This document shows, piece after piece, positions 25,801-38,253 of a stretch of DNA of 64,000 nt; within the stretch, counting starts at the first letter, position 1, and each line of letters opens with the position of its first letter. The position numbers and the translations under genes were made by a program. Below the pieces are notes generated by a model that saw only the letters and a list, made by a program, of their open reading frames with translations, was not told the DNA's origin and searched no databases. Location: contig NC_043002.1 in assembly GCF_006345805.1 (NCBI RefSeq), forward strand, positions 4,898,001 through 4,962,000, given 5' to 3'. This stretch comes from Octopus sinensis (taxonomy: Eukaryota).

Positions 25801-26608
25801 AAAAGAGAAAAGCATGTATTTATTCATTATATGTTTGTAAAATAAAATGTAATTGCTTATTTTATTTTCAAACAAGTCTGGATATTTTATTTTATATATT
25901 TTATTGTATTAAAAAAATTAAATTATGAACCATGTATTTGAAGCCTGCGTACTCGTTTCTTTGTTTTCATTGATTAAATGTGTGTCACAGGTGCACCTAA
26001 ATGATAAGAATGTCATTTCAAAATCTGCGATCACCCTCACTCTGCACATCTTGGATAAGAGCCCTTTGTTATAGACTCTACTCGCAAGCCTTGTGAGTAG
26101 ACAGGAACTAGGTAGACACCTTTTAGTTAGCGATCTCCGTGATTTCAAGGTAGTCATTCTAACGAACCTTCAAAGATGGACTCTGCTCAAATCAATTTCG
26201 CTTTAATTTTCTTCATTACGTGACTAATTACTTTATCCAGTATGAACTTACAGTTCGGTGGTGCAATTCATCATGTTTATCAGCGGAAGGAAAAAATTTA
26301 AGCCATAAAAGGGGAAATATAACACAAGTAGTTGAAGTACTCAAACAAGAGTTATCAGAGAAGTAATGATGACAAAACCATGGTGGCAGTGCTATGCCTT
26401 GCCAGGTACCAAAGGTTATTGCAGATAAAATGCGATGTGTGTTTTGAGATAAGTGCACAATAATGCAGATAAACATTTGTAGGCTAAGTTCACGGAGGAG
26501 AGGTGGGATGTCAAGTCACCTGTTGTATTATGGTTGTCATGTTTACCTTTCAGCAAGAGATGTAATGATCAACTTCCATTAACAACTTCATTACTTTAAA
26601 AAATATAT

Positions 26609-26743
26609 GTGTGTGTGTGTGTATGAGATTACACATGTATTATCAATACATGTGTGTGTGTGTATGAGATTATACATATATTATTAATACGTGTGTGTGT
26701 GTGTATGAGATTACACATATATTATTAATACGTGTGTGTGTGT
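26609..26743. repeat. 41-bp minisatellite, three copies
   Basis: GAGATT at 26625, 26666, 26707. Confidence 0.85.
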
Positions 26744-26871
26744 GTAGCCTAACAATCCATAAGTCAGAAAAAATATGTTTGCACTTGTATATTTGTCTAA
26801 GTATTATTAATCCTATTCAGTCACTCTTACCAGTTGATTTTTTTACAGGGTATTGGATATTTCCTCTATAC

Positions 26872-27103
26872 CTATTTCTTTATTGCTCACAAGGGGCTAA
26901 ACACAGAGAGGACAAACAAGGACAGACACACGGATAAAGTTGATTATATCGACCCCAGTGCGTAACTGGTACTTAATTTATCGACCTCAAAAAGATGAAA
27001 GGCAAAGTCAACCTCGGCGGAATTTGAACTCAAAACGTAACGGCAGGTGAAATACAGCTACGCATTTCGCCCAGCATACTAACGTTTCTGCCAGCTTGCC
27101 ACC
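26872..27103 (-). mobile_element. SINE family N
   Basis: Near full-length reverse-complement copy. Confidence 0.8.
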
Positions 27104-27804
27104 TTAATTTTCTCTATACCTGTCATCTCTAAAGGGTATGTGCTGTTAGTTAAACATGCTGTTATTTAATAACCAGTTGTTTAATACGCAGTACAAAGCT
27201 GACTGGAAAGACCAACTGAAATAATAGTGTATACTTTAATTTACACACACACTCACACACACACACACATGTACATGCTTTAATCAGAAAATATTTTCTG
27301 CAAGTGCTAACAAACTCAGAAATTTTAAGCTGTTAGAAGCCTCGACATTAATAAACATTTTCTCAGTGAAGTAAATTAGCATTGGTAGTTAGAGAGCAAT
27401 ACTTACCAAAACTACACAAAGAAGCATAGATGAGAATTCATCACTGTATTCTAAAACTAATATTCTTTATATCCTTGATGTGCCAAAACATACTTGGGTA
27501 AAGTATCTTTCAAGTTTTTCTAAAACGAGGACATATTGAAAATAACTTGTGTTACAGGAATGCTTAGAAAGCCCTGTGTAGAATTTTGAGCAAGCTTTGT
27601 CAAGGAAAGATATTTCAGACTACTAAAATCTCTTAATGGTATTTACCAATAATTAACAAAATGTAGAAGAGAGAAGTGAATTATAATTGGAAAAAAAATA
27701 AATATCATCATCACTTTTCATGATATTCACTACATATCTATATGTTGTATGTGTATGTCTGGGGTTCTGTATAATATACATATACACACATACAAACATA
27801 CATA

Positions 27805-28232
27805 TGTAGTGGATCTTGCAAGCATGAAGTGGATTCGATCCACCATAGCCGAATTTAAATTAACACTGCAACAGAACTTTTTCCACGGTGGAACAAAGGT
27901 TTTTCTGTGACAGCAGTCTGACATTCGCCAAGTGACTAACTGATTTTTGCTTGGGGTGTTCTTGCTTTTATAACTATCTAGGATAGATATATCATTGAGA
28001 ACAATAGATTTAGTTGGTGGTCTTGTTATCTCTATTCTGTTTTTTGGTGAAGTAGAAGAGGTTACAAGGGCCAGGTGGTGAAGACATTATTTCGGCCTAG
28101 CTAAAGGCAATCTGCTGTCACAGAAAAACCATTGTTCCCATTGTTCCACCGTGTTAAAAGTTCTGTTGCAGTGTCAATTTAAATTTGGCTATGGTGGATC
28201 GAATCCACTTCATGCTTGCAAGATCCACTACA
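27805..28232. mobile_element. MITE-like element with ~115-bp imperfect TIRs
   Basis: TGTAGTGGATCTTGCAAGCATGAAGTGGATTCGATCCACCATAGCC.. mirrored at 28111-28232; no clear TSD. Confidence 0.7.
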
Positions 28233-28274
28233 CATTCATTATATATATATATACACACAGACACACAACACACA

Positions 28275-28573
28275 ACTGTCTGGCTTCCGTGCCAGTGGCA
28301 CGTAAAAAGCACCATTTGAGCATGATCGTTACCAGCGTCACCTTACTGGCACATGAGCAAAACATTCGAGCGAGGTTGTTGCCAGTGCCGGTGGCATGTA
28401 AAAGCACCCACTACACTCTCGGAGTGGTTGGCATTAGGAAGGGCATCCAGCTGTAGAAACTCTGTCAGATCAGATTGGAGCCTGATGCAGCCATCTGGTT
28501 CACCAGTCCTCAGTCAAATCGTTTGACCCATGCTAGCATGGAAAGCGGACGTTAAATGATGATGATGATGATG
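28275..28573 (+). mobile_element. SINE family C, long form
   Basis: GTGCCAGTGGCACGTAAAAAGCACC repeats, core and (GAT)n tail. Confidence 0.8.
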
Positions 28574-29385
28574 TTACATACATACAATAGTTACACACAC
28601 ATACATATATAAATCTCTCACAACACAATATGAACTGCTATCTGCTAATTTTCCCTCCTGACAAAGGAAGCCAGTATTATACTGTCTCTATACATCCATT
28701 TATTGGTTCCATATCCATGATTTCTTTCCCATCCCCTATGCTAATTATGAACTTTACAACTATTACATAATTCTCAGCTCCCAGAAACAGCTGTTGAGTT
28801 AGAAGACTATGGATTCTTCCCATAGTCTTCTCTTTTGCTTATACCCCATGTAAAAGTAAATTTATTTGTCAATATATATATAAATATTTATATGCTTATA
28901 TATACATGTTTATCCTGCGAATATGTTTAATTTTTGTATCTTTATATGCCCCTACATATATCTCTATGTGTATATGTATGTATATTTGTATATATTAAGC
29001 CTAATCTTGTTTATCTACATCACTATCTCCATATCACCTCACTTGGATTTCTCTTGTAACCACTCTTTACCCCCAGGGACCTAGACCTTGATTAAGATTT
29101 TAGAGCTTAAGTTCAAATCATTTGAGCACTACGATGTGTTTTCTATATTGAGCATCTCTAAATTTGACCTGTTAACTGTTTACTATATATATATATATAT
29201 ATATAAATTAAATTAGAGTTAAAACCTATTAGAGATAAAGTCTATCACTGCTTGAGTTGCCTAATAGTGGTTTTATCTCTAATTTAATTTATATACTGTG
29301 AAATTTGATTTAATCCTAAATCTAATTTTTCCCTGTAAGTTTGGATATAATCCCTAATATTATTATTATATATATATATATATAT

Positions 29386-30126
29386 ATTATATTAAATTAG
29401 AGATAAAACCACTATTAGGCAAATCATACAATGAAAAACTTAAGCCAATACATAAGATTATTTAATTTATATTATTTAAATATATAACAAAATTATTTAA
29501 AAAATATAATTAATATAACACTACGATCGTTTCATGGCTGTTAATTTCTTTAAATTTTCGTTAGTTTTAACGACTGTCATAACTGGTGAGTTTTTGCATT
29601 TATTTATTTCTCCTAAATTTATATTCTTGACAGGAGCTTGTCAAATTTGTTATGTCAGAATGCTGAGGAAAGTGTCTTCACTCTGTAGTTGTGACTCTTT
29701 ATATTCTAAATTCAAATTTGTTGATGTCACCTTTGACTTTCAATCTTTTAGTGTCAGTAAGATATCTGTAAGATATTTAGAATATAAAGATATAAAGATA
29801 TTTGGAATATAAAGAGTCACAACTACAGAGTGCAAGACACTTTCTTCAGCATTCTGACATAACAAATTTGACAAGCTCCTGTCAAGAATATAAATTTAGG
29901 AGAAATAAATAAATGCAAAAACTCACCAGTTATGACAGTCGTTAAAACTAACGAAAATTTAAAGAAATTAACAGCCATGAAACGATCGTAGTGTTATATT
30001 AATTATATTTTTTTAATAATTTTGTTATATATTTAAATAATATAAATTAAATAATCTTATGTATTGGCTTAAGTTTTTCATTGTATGATTTGCCTAATAG
30101 TGGTTTTATCTCTAATTTAATATAAT
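29386..30126. repeat. Near-perfect inverted repeat, ~325-bp arms, ~90-bp spacer
   Basis: 29386-29710 is the reverse complement of 29801-30126 with few mismatches; flanked by (TA)n. Confidence 0.92.
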
Positions 30127-30202
30127 ATAATATTTTACTATAAAATTGGATTCAATCCTAAATTTGATTTTTCCCTGTAAGTTTGGATTTATTCCCTAAT
30201 AT

Positions 30203-30270
<68 letters not shown>

Positions 30271-30319
30271 ACATACATATATACATAATACATATATATA
30301 TATGTGTCTATATATATAT

Positions 30320-30352
<33 letters not shown>

Positions 30353-30401
30353 TATATGTATGTCTATATATATATGTATGTCTATATTATATATATGTAT
30401 G

Positions 30402-30432
<31 letters not shown>

Positions 30433-30506
30433 TATACCTACATATAGGTATGTATACATATGTATGTATACATACATATATATATAACTTTTTTTATTAT
30501 TTTCAG

Positions 30507-30853
30507 TGACATCCACCACAGGACGCAATAAAAAGTCTGTTCCTGCTGTTCTTAGTTCAAGCAAACTTTCCACCAATTCAAATAACACCAGAGGAAAGTT
30601 TATCTGCCAGACGTGTGGAAAAATTTTCAGATGTCTCTCGTCTTTGTCACGACATAAGTGGCTTCATAGAGAGAAAAGACATCGGTGTTTTGTCTGTAAG
30701 AGAGCTTTCCACCGCAAAGATCACTTATATCTGCATCTAGATCGGCAACATGCAAAGTCTAATGAGATCCCTTGCCCCATATGTGCTATGAAAAGCAACG
30801 ACCTGCATTCTATTTATGAACACATTAGACAATGTCATCAGAATATTTCATGA
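30507..30853 (+). CDS. Terminal exon B: three C2H2 zinc fingers, paralog of exon A
   Basis: Acceptor ttattttcAG|TG (phase 1); ~84% aa identity to exon A by manual count (19 differences in 116 columns); TGA 30851-53; AATAAA at ~30941. Confidence 0.85.
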
Positions 30854-31634
30854 AGAGTTCAAATCGTAAAGTGTACGTGATTTTGTGTATGTGTGAAAAA
30901 AGCGAGGAAAAATGTGTTTTTATTCATTATTCATATGTAAAATAAAATATAATTTTTCATTTTCATTTGAAACAAGTCTGAATATTTTCTGATATTTTTT
31001 ATTACAGTAAAAAATAAATAAATAAATAAAATTATGAAGACATTATTCAAAGTCTACATGTTTGTTTTCTCATTTCCATCTTAATGAGTGATCAAGAAAT
31101 TTGCTCTATAATCAGGTAATTTCTGGTTTGTAATTATTAAATGGCTTGTAATTGTTAAATGGTGGACATAGTCCATTGCCTTTTTTGACACCAGTTCCTG
31201 AACCTTGGATACCTTTAGCAGAGTCCACCCTTTTGTAAACATTTGGGTTAGGTTTCCCAGATTCTCACTCCAGTTTCAGAAACCCTTCAGAAGAGGCCAC
31301 GATTACTGTTTTCCCTTTTATATATGTGTATATAGTACATGTAATGTTTGTTGGAGATGTGTCAGTACTGCTCATAGAATTTATTTTACCATTTTCTAGA
31401 AAATGAAGTTATTAGTCCATTAGTATTCTGAAAGTCTCTGATTATTGACACTTTAACACTTAAACCAACCATATCAGACTCAAATATTTCCATCTGTTCT
31501 ATGTTCGAACCAGCCAGATCCAGCCTCTGACACCTACCCTAAATATAAACAGTTATGACATCGAAATCTCAAAGCTACAAGATATTGCATGATTAATTCA
31601 GAAATAATGTAAATATATAAGCATTACATATGAC

Positions 31635-31955
31635 AGCACAGCTCCCAGTAAGTTCTCCGTGCCGGTGGCACATAAAAGACACCATTCGAGTGTGATCATT
31701 ACCAGCATCTCCTTACTGGCCCCTGTGCCGGTGGCATGTGTAAAAGATTCGAGCGAGGTCGTTGCCAGTGTCGCCTGACTGGTACGTAAAAGCATCCACT
31801 ACACTCTCGGAGTGGTTGGCACTAGGAAGGGCATCCAGCTGTAGAAACTCTGCCAGATCAAGATTGAAGTCTGGTGTAGCCATCTGGTTCGCCATCCCTC
31901 AGTCATTCGTCCAACCCATGCTGGCATGGAAAGCGATGTTGATGATGATGATGAT
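31635..31955 (+). mobile_element. SINE family C, long form
   Basis: Core plus (GAT)n tail. Confidence 0.8.
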
Positions 31956-32255
31956 TTTAAATCCACTTTCCCTGCTGGTAATGGTTGGATAGGTTGTCAT
32001 TGTCCTAGTCAATACTTTTTCTTCTAGATGGGTTGGAGGGATTACATCGCACATGTACATATGTACATTATATTTTTGACTTTGGTTCTGTAGCCGGATC
32101 CCCTTCCTAACATCAACCAGTTTGCAGAGTGTTCTGGGTGTATTCTATCATAGCAATAGCACAACTGACGTTGTAATGTCCTCAACAAGACAAGCCTAAA
32201 AGGTCCTCTCAATCTTACATTTTCTCTTCTTATTCTATGTCCTCTTTATAGAGTA

Positions 32256-32617
32256 CGAGCACTATGACCCGGCAACGCCGGGTCATAGTGCTAGTGCATG
32301 CATATAGAGCTGCGTGCATGTGCACATACACGCGAGTACTGTCCAAATCTCCGACCAATCACATACAGCTAGCTGGATTCAATTGGCGTATCAAGTTTTG
32401 GGCATTTTGATTGGGTTTTGAATAGAAAAAAGTCACTTCTATTGATTTTTTAATGGCTTTGCGGGGTGACTGGGGAAATGTAAAGATGTGCACGACCACC
32501 CTTGGACGGTTTTGAATGATCATAGAAAGTGCAAGCCCTCTAACTGAAAAATTGTGGATTTGTATAAAGGACACACACACAGACAGACAGACATTTTGCC
32601 GTTTATATATAGAGAGA
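32256..32617 (-). mobile_element. Non-autonomous Helitron-like element
   Basis: Minus strand starts A|TCTCTCTATATATAAA and ends with hairpin GCACTATGACCCGGC-GTT-GCCGGGTCATAGTGC plus CTCG|T (variant of CTAG|T). Confidence 0.7.
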
Positions 32618-32999
32618 TATTGAGTACATTTTATCATGGCACCAGCACTAAAAAGGCTGCTCTAAGCTCCACAAGACAAAAGGGTCCTCATTGCTCAACG
32701 TTGTCGCCTTTCTTTTCCAGGTAATATGATGAATAGAATGGGTAGAAAAGAAGGCAATCACGAAAGATGAAATAGGGTGAAATGGAGAAAGAGGTATGAA
32801 TACGCAGGGAAAACTGAATAAGGTCATTGCATGGAATAGGGGAGAGAAGATGAATGAGGATGAGCTGAAGAAAAGGATTAAATATGAAAGGGGAAACAGT
32901 GGCTGGGTTGATAATATAAAAAGAGAGGGAGAATTGGGAGAAACAGTAATGCAGTACTATAATGGTTGCCCATGCAGGAAATCTTCCCTCTTGCTGCCA

Positions 33000-33220
33000 C
33001 CACCATCATCATCATCATCATCATCATCGTTTAACGTCTGCTTTCCATGCTAGCATGGGTTGGACGGTTTGACCGGGGTCTGGGAAGCCAGGGGGCTGCA
33101 TCAGGCTCCAGTCTGATCTGGCAGTGTTTCTACAGCTGGATGCCCTTCCTAACGCCAACCACTCCGTGAGTGTAGTGGGTGCTTTTTATGTGCCAGTCAA
33201 GGCGGCGCTAGCATCAGCCA
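33000..33220 (-). mobile_element. SINE family C
   Basis: (CAT)n plus reverse-complement core. Confidence 0.8.
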
Positions 33221-33535
33221 CCAGTGTTGTCCAAATGAAAGAAAAGGGCTGATACTGCAGGGTATCAAAGGATTGCAGGCAATCTCAGAATGTATATCTT
33301 CAAAAGTCACCTATTTTCTAAATTGGATGAAAATGGCAGAAATTTCACATTTCTAACATTGAAGAAGTTGAAATCTTTTTTATTTCAAGCGATCCAAATA
33401 ATCTTATGAGAATTAATTACTGCCTCTTCTATAACGACTGGGTTGATAACCCTGAAGATAGCAAGAGTAGAAATGATGACATTTTCATTAAAAACTGGAA
33501 AATGTAAATTCAAGCAAATGTTAGTGAACTATATA

Positions 33536-33925
33536 GGCGTAGGAGTGGCTGTGTGGTATGTAGCTCGCTTACCAACCATATAGTTCTGGGTTCAGTCCCA
33601 CTGCGTGGCACTTTGGACAAGTGTCTTCTGCTATAGCCTCGGGCTGACCAAAGCCTTGTAAGTAGATTTGGTAGACGGAAACTGAAAGAAGCCCATTGTA
33701 TATATGTATATATATATATGTGTCTGTGTTTGTCTCCCCAACATCGCATGACAACTGATGCTGGTGTGTTTATGTCCCTGTTACTTAGTTGTTCAGCAAA
33801 AGAGACCGATAGAATAAGTACTAGGCTTACAAAGAATAAATCCTGGGGGCGATTTGCTCGACTAAAAAAGTGGTGCTCCGGCATGGCCACAGTCAAATGA
33901 CTGAAACAAGTAAAAGAGTAAAGAG
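33536..33925 (+). mobile_element. SINE family B, full length
   Basis: GGCGTAGGAGTGGCTGTGTGG head to GTAAAAGA tail. Confidence 0.85.
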
Positions 33926-35004
33926 TATTTAAGCATGTTTGGATGAAATTTTAAAAAAATGAATTCTTTCTAAGTTTGATAAAAATGACCAAGTTTTTTT
34001 TATATTTCAGACATATATATGTATATTTGTTGTGGTTTAACCAAGGTTAATTCTGATCAATCATTCGGTCTATTTATATATTGGGAACTAGATTGTCCAA
34101 TGTGTCTTTTTTCAGATGTGAAGGATATTTGGATGATGTATTTTTCAGGTTGTGTGACCATATACAAGCTCCCTAATTATGCTTGTGTGTTTTATATATA
34201 AATATATATATATATCAATACATAAGTATGATCCATGGATCCAAGTGTAGGAAGTTAGTAAGCTTCAAGCAATTAGCTGGCTAGCATAGAGGACAAAAAG
34301 TGGTCAATATGCAAGAAATATACTTATTAAGATCATAAGGTGCATACTTCTCGTATTGAAGTTAAACGGAATTTCTATAAGCTGATTGTCTCCGTGCAAC
34401 TCAGGATTTAGCAATTCACACCACTAAAAACGTGAATAAAATCCCAAAAAATAAAGAATACAACAGGTAGAATATCCACTACAATCGTTTCATATTTAGC
34501 TGAAGTTTGTTAAGTAAGTAATAATGAAGATAATGCAGCTTAGCTAATCCTCAGGCTGTAGCTACCTCACACAAAGTTTACAATGTTTGTAGGAAGTAAA
34601 CAAATGGGTCTACAAGCTGTCCACTGAAAAAAAATGGCCAATCAAATGGCGGTGCCCCAGCATGGCCACAGCTTAGCTGAAACTGGAAAAATCAAAATCA
34701 AAATCAAATCAAATAAAAAAAACATAAATAAATAACAAGGTGAAAATAAAACATAAAAAATAGAACCAAATGACCAATAAAAAATGTTAGTGCAAAGGAT
34801 GCCTTAGATAGAAATAAAATTCAGGTAATTATAAAATGATTGTAGCCAATATTCTACCTTACACACACACACGCACATAAATATATTAATTAATATTTTG
34901 CATAAGCAACAGAGTTCCGAGAGTTTTGTGCATTGGTACTTATCAGACTAGTTTGGTAAGTGCGAATCTCCCAGACCATGAGTCACTCTGTTGCTTCTGC
35001 TAAA

Positions 35005-35260
35005 TCATCATCATCATCATCATCATTTAACGTCCGCTTTCCATGCTTAGCATGGGTTGGACGATTTGACTGAGGTCTGGCAAACCAGACTCCAATCTGA
35101 TCTGGCAGAGTTTCTACTGCTGGACGCCCTTCCTAATGCCAACCACTCCGAGACTCTGCCAGATGAGATTGGAGCCTGGTGCAGCCATCTGGTTCACCAG
35201 TCCTCAGTCAAAATCGTCCAACCTATGCTAGCATGGAAAGCGGACGCTAAACGATGATAC
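35005..35260. mobile_element. Head-to-head family C SINE fragments
   Basis: Minus-strand 3' part then plus-strand 3' part. Confidence 0.7.
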
Positions 35261-35504
35261 AACATACACACAACACATACATTATAAATATATATATGTG
35301 TGTGTGTATATATATATTTATATATATGTATATAGAATGGGTTTAGTTCACTGGTGATCTAAATGAATAGGTATGCTGAGTAAGTGCTATAGTTGGTCAT
35401 CTGTTAGGTTCCAAGTTCACAGCTGAGGCTGGAACTAGGGATCTGCATTAGGGTTCCTTGTTAGAAGGTATATATTAAAGGAAAAGACAACAAAACCCAT
35501 ATAG

Positions 35505-35552
35505 ATAGATAGATAGAGAGAGAGTGTGTGTGTGAGAGAGAGAGAAATAGAG

Positions 35553-35585
<33 letters not shown>

Positions 35586-36690
35586 CAGACAGACAAACAG
35601 ACAGACAGGCTGGCAAACACAAACAGATAGATGCATACATACATTCATACATACATACACACATACATACATACATACATACACATACATACACACATAC
35701 ATATATACATACATACATATACATACATACAGACAGACATACACACATACAAACATACATACACACATACATACATACATACACACACATACATACATAC
35801 ACACACACACATACATACATACACACACACACATACACACATACATACATAGAGAGAACGAGAGAGAGAGAGAGATGCACTCTTATTCACTCTTTCTTAT
35901 GGCTGATTCCTATGTTGTGTATTCATTTATAATGTACACACACACACACAAACAAGCTCATACCTAGAGATATATACACACATACAAATACAAACATAAG
36001 TGTGTATAAATGTTTACATGTGTGGTTGTAACGAAAGAAGCAATGTGTTTGTGTTTCCGTAATCCATTCCATTGTGACTGGAAGTGAAGTCTCTGCTTTG
36101 TTTCCATGGCTTCTTGAACTGTGTGTGTATGTATATATGTATGTGTGTGTGTGTATGTGTGTACGTAAGTATGTATGAATGTATGTATGTATGTATGTAT
36201 GTGTGTGTATATGTATGTATGTATGTGTGTATGTATGTATGTATGTTTGTATGTGTGTATGTATGTATGTGTGTGTGTATGTATGTGTGTATGTATGTAT
36301 GTATGTATGTATGTGTGTATGTATGTATGTATGTATGTGTGTATGTATGTATGTATGTATGTGTGTGTATGTATGTATGTATGCATGTATGTATGTGTGT
36401 GTATGTATGTGTGTATGTATGTATGTGTGTATGTATGTATGTATGTATGTATGTATGTATGTATGCATGTATGTGTGTGTATGTATGTATGTATGTGTGT
36501 ATGTATGTATGTGTGTATGTATGTATGTATGTATGTATGTTTGTATGTGTGTGTGTATGTATGTATGTATGTGTGTGTGTATGTATGTATGTATGTATGT
36601 ATGTATGCATGCATGTATGTATGTATGTATGTATGTATGTATGTATGTATGTATGTATGAATGTATGTGTGTACGTATGTATGTATGTAT
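35505..36690. repeat. Microsatellite block: (GATA)n/(CATA)n then (TATG)n in opposite orientation
   Basis: Direct reading; source of the spurious HTYI/VCMY ORFs. Confidence 0.95.
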
Positions 36691-36802
36691 AGGGAAGCTT
36701 TATGAAAATAGACAAAAGACGAAGGCAGGTGGAAAACAAACAAACAATTGTATTAGTATGGCGCTCAGGAAATATAAATAAAACAAGTCTTTAACGTTCA
36801 AT

Positions 36803-38253
36803 ATGTCATTGGCGACGGGTGTTATACCTGCAGACTGGAGAACAGCGATAATCTGCCCAATTTTCAAGAAAGGGAGCCGCGAAGACCCGCTTAACTACCG
36901 ACCGGTTTCCCTTACATCAATAATCAGCAAGATGTTCGAAACCATCCTTAAGAAAAGTATGATGCTCCACCTCCTAAACACAGCCTCTATCTCTGATTCC
37001 CAACACGGCTTCGTGCTGAAGAGATCATGCTTGACCAACTTACTAGTAATGGAAGAATTGGTGACGCGCATCCCCGATGATAGTGATGCTGTTGACATCG
37101 TTTTATTGGACTTTGCCAAAGCTTTTGACTCGGTAAACCACCGCCTATTACTTGTCAAGCTTCAAGCATATAGTTTCCATCCGGATATTATACGATGGGT
37201 TGGTGCCTTCCTCTCAGATCGCTCCTTCCAAGTCCAAGTTAATGGTTCGCGGTCCGACGTCTCCAGTGCGTGCAGTGGCATGCCTCAAGGTTCAGTGCTT
37301 GGGCCCTTGTTGTTCTTAGTCTTCATAAATGACTTGCCCGACGACTCACGCAACACACCCTTCTATTTGCCGACGATATCAAACTGGTCGCTCCTCGCAG
37401 TAATATAGAGGATCTTCGTCGATGCCTCCACCAAATTTGGAAGTGGTCTAACGATTGGGACTGTGTCTGAACGTGTCAAAGTGCTGTCATCTGCCTGTTG
37501 GCTCTACTCCTGCAACTCAACTTGATTTCGAGCCGGGTCGTCTGCTGCTGGAGAGGACCGATCAGGTAAAAGACCTGGGTATCTTGGTGGATTCCTCCTT
37601 TTCGCCTTCGGCCCAGTGCGTCCATGCTGCCAATAAAGCACACGGAATTCTGTTCTTGATTCGACGGTCATTCGGAATGCTCACAGCAGCCATATTCCTA
37701 CCACTCTATGTCACGCTGGTGAGACCCATATTGGAGTATGGGATTCAGGCCTCTTCTCCTTATCTCCTCAAAGACATACACCATCTCAAAAGAGTCCAGA
37801 GGCTGGCTACCCGCATGGTTCATGGTCTCAAAAATTTGTCCTACGAAGAAAGGCTGAGGACGCTCGACCTTTATTCTCTTGAAAAACACCGCCGCCGTGG
37901 TGATCTCATTCTCACCCACAACATTATAAGCGGAAAGTGTAACCTCTCGAAAGAGCTGTTCTTCACTCCTGCTCCAGAGCGTCGGCTGCGGGGTCATTCC
38001 GAAAAGCTCTACCTGCGACGATTTCATCTCAATCGAAGGAAAGGAGCTTTCTCCGTCTGGGTTGCGGATCCGTGGAACAAGCTGCCAGACGAGATGGTGA
38101 AGATGCCGACGACCGCTTTGTTCAAAGCCTCCCTGGACCTCAAGTGGCCTGAACTCTTTACATGAACACCACCCTGTACTTAACTCCATGTCCCCCTAAA
38201 TGGCCTTGCTATTTGCTTTTGAGCCAAATTAACTAACTAACTAACTAACTAAC
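36803..38253 (+). mobile_element. CR1/L2-type LINE, 5'-truncated, frameshifted RT
   Basis: PDWRTAIICPIFKKG, NYRPVSLTS, QHGF, LDFAKAFDSV, GMPQGSVLGPLLF; shifted-frame FADD-equivalent near 37370; (TAAC)n tail 38229-38253. Confidence 0.95.

Noticed and set aside
25393-30853. ZnF ORFs as stand-alone genes with GTG starts
   Set aside because: The G of GTG is the last base of a canonical acceptor AG, and neither ORF has an upstream in-frame ATG
34008-34201. Possible third ZnF terminal exon (tttcAG, CPMC)
   Set aside because: No C2H2 spacing and no similarity to exons A or B
35435-36781. Long HTYI/VCMY ORFs (also 24476-25396, 44850-45435, 47642-48923)
   Set aside because: Stop-free translations of microsatellites in several frames at once
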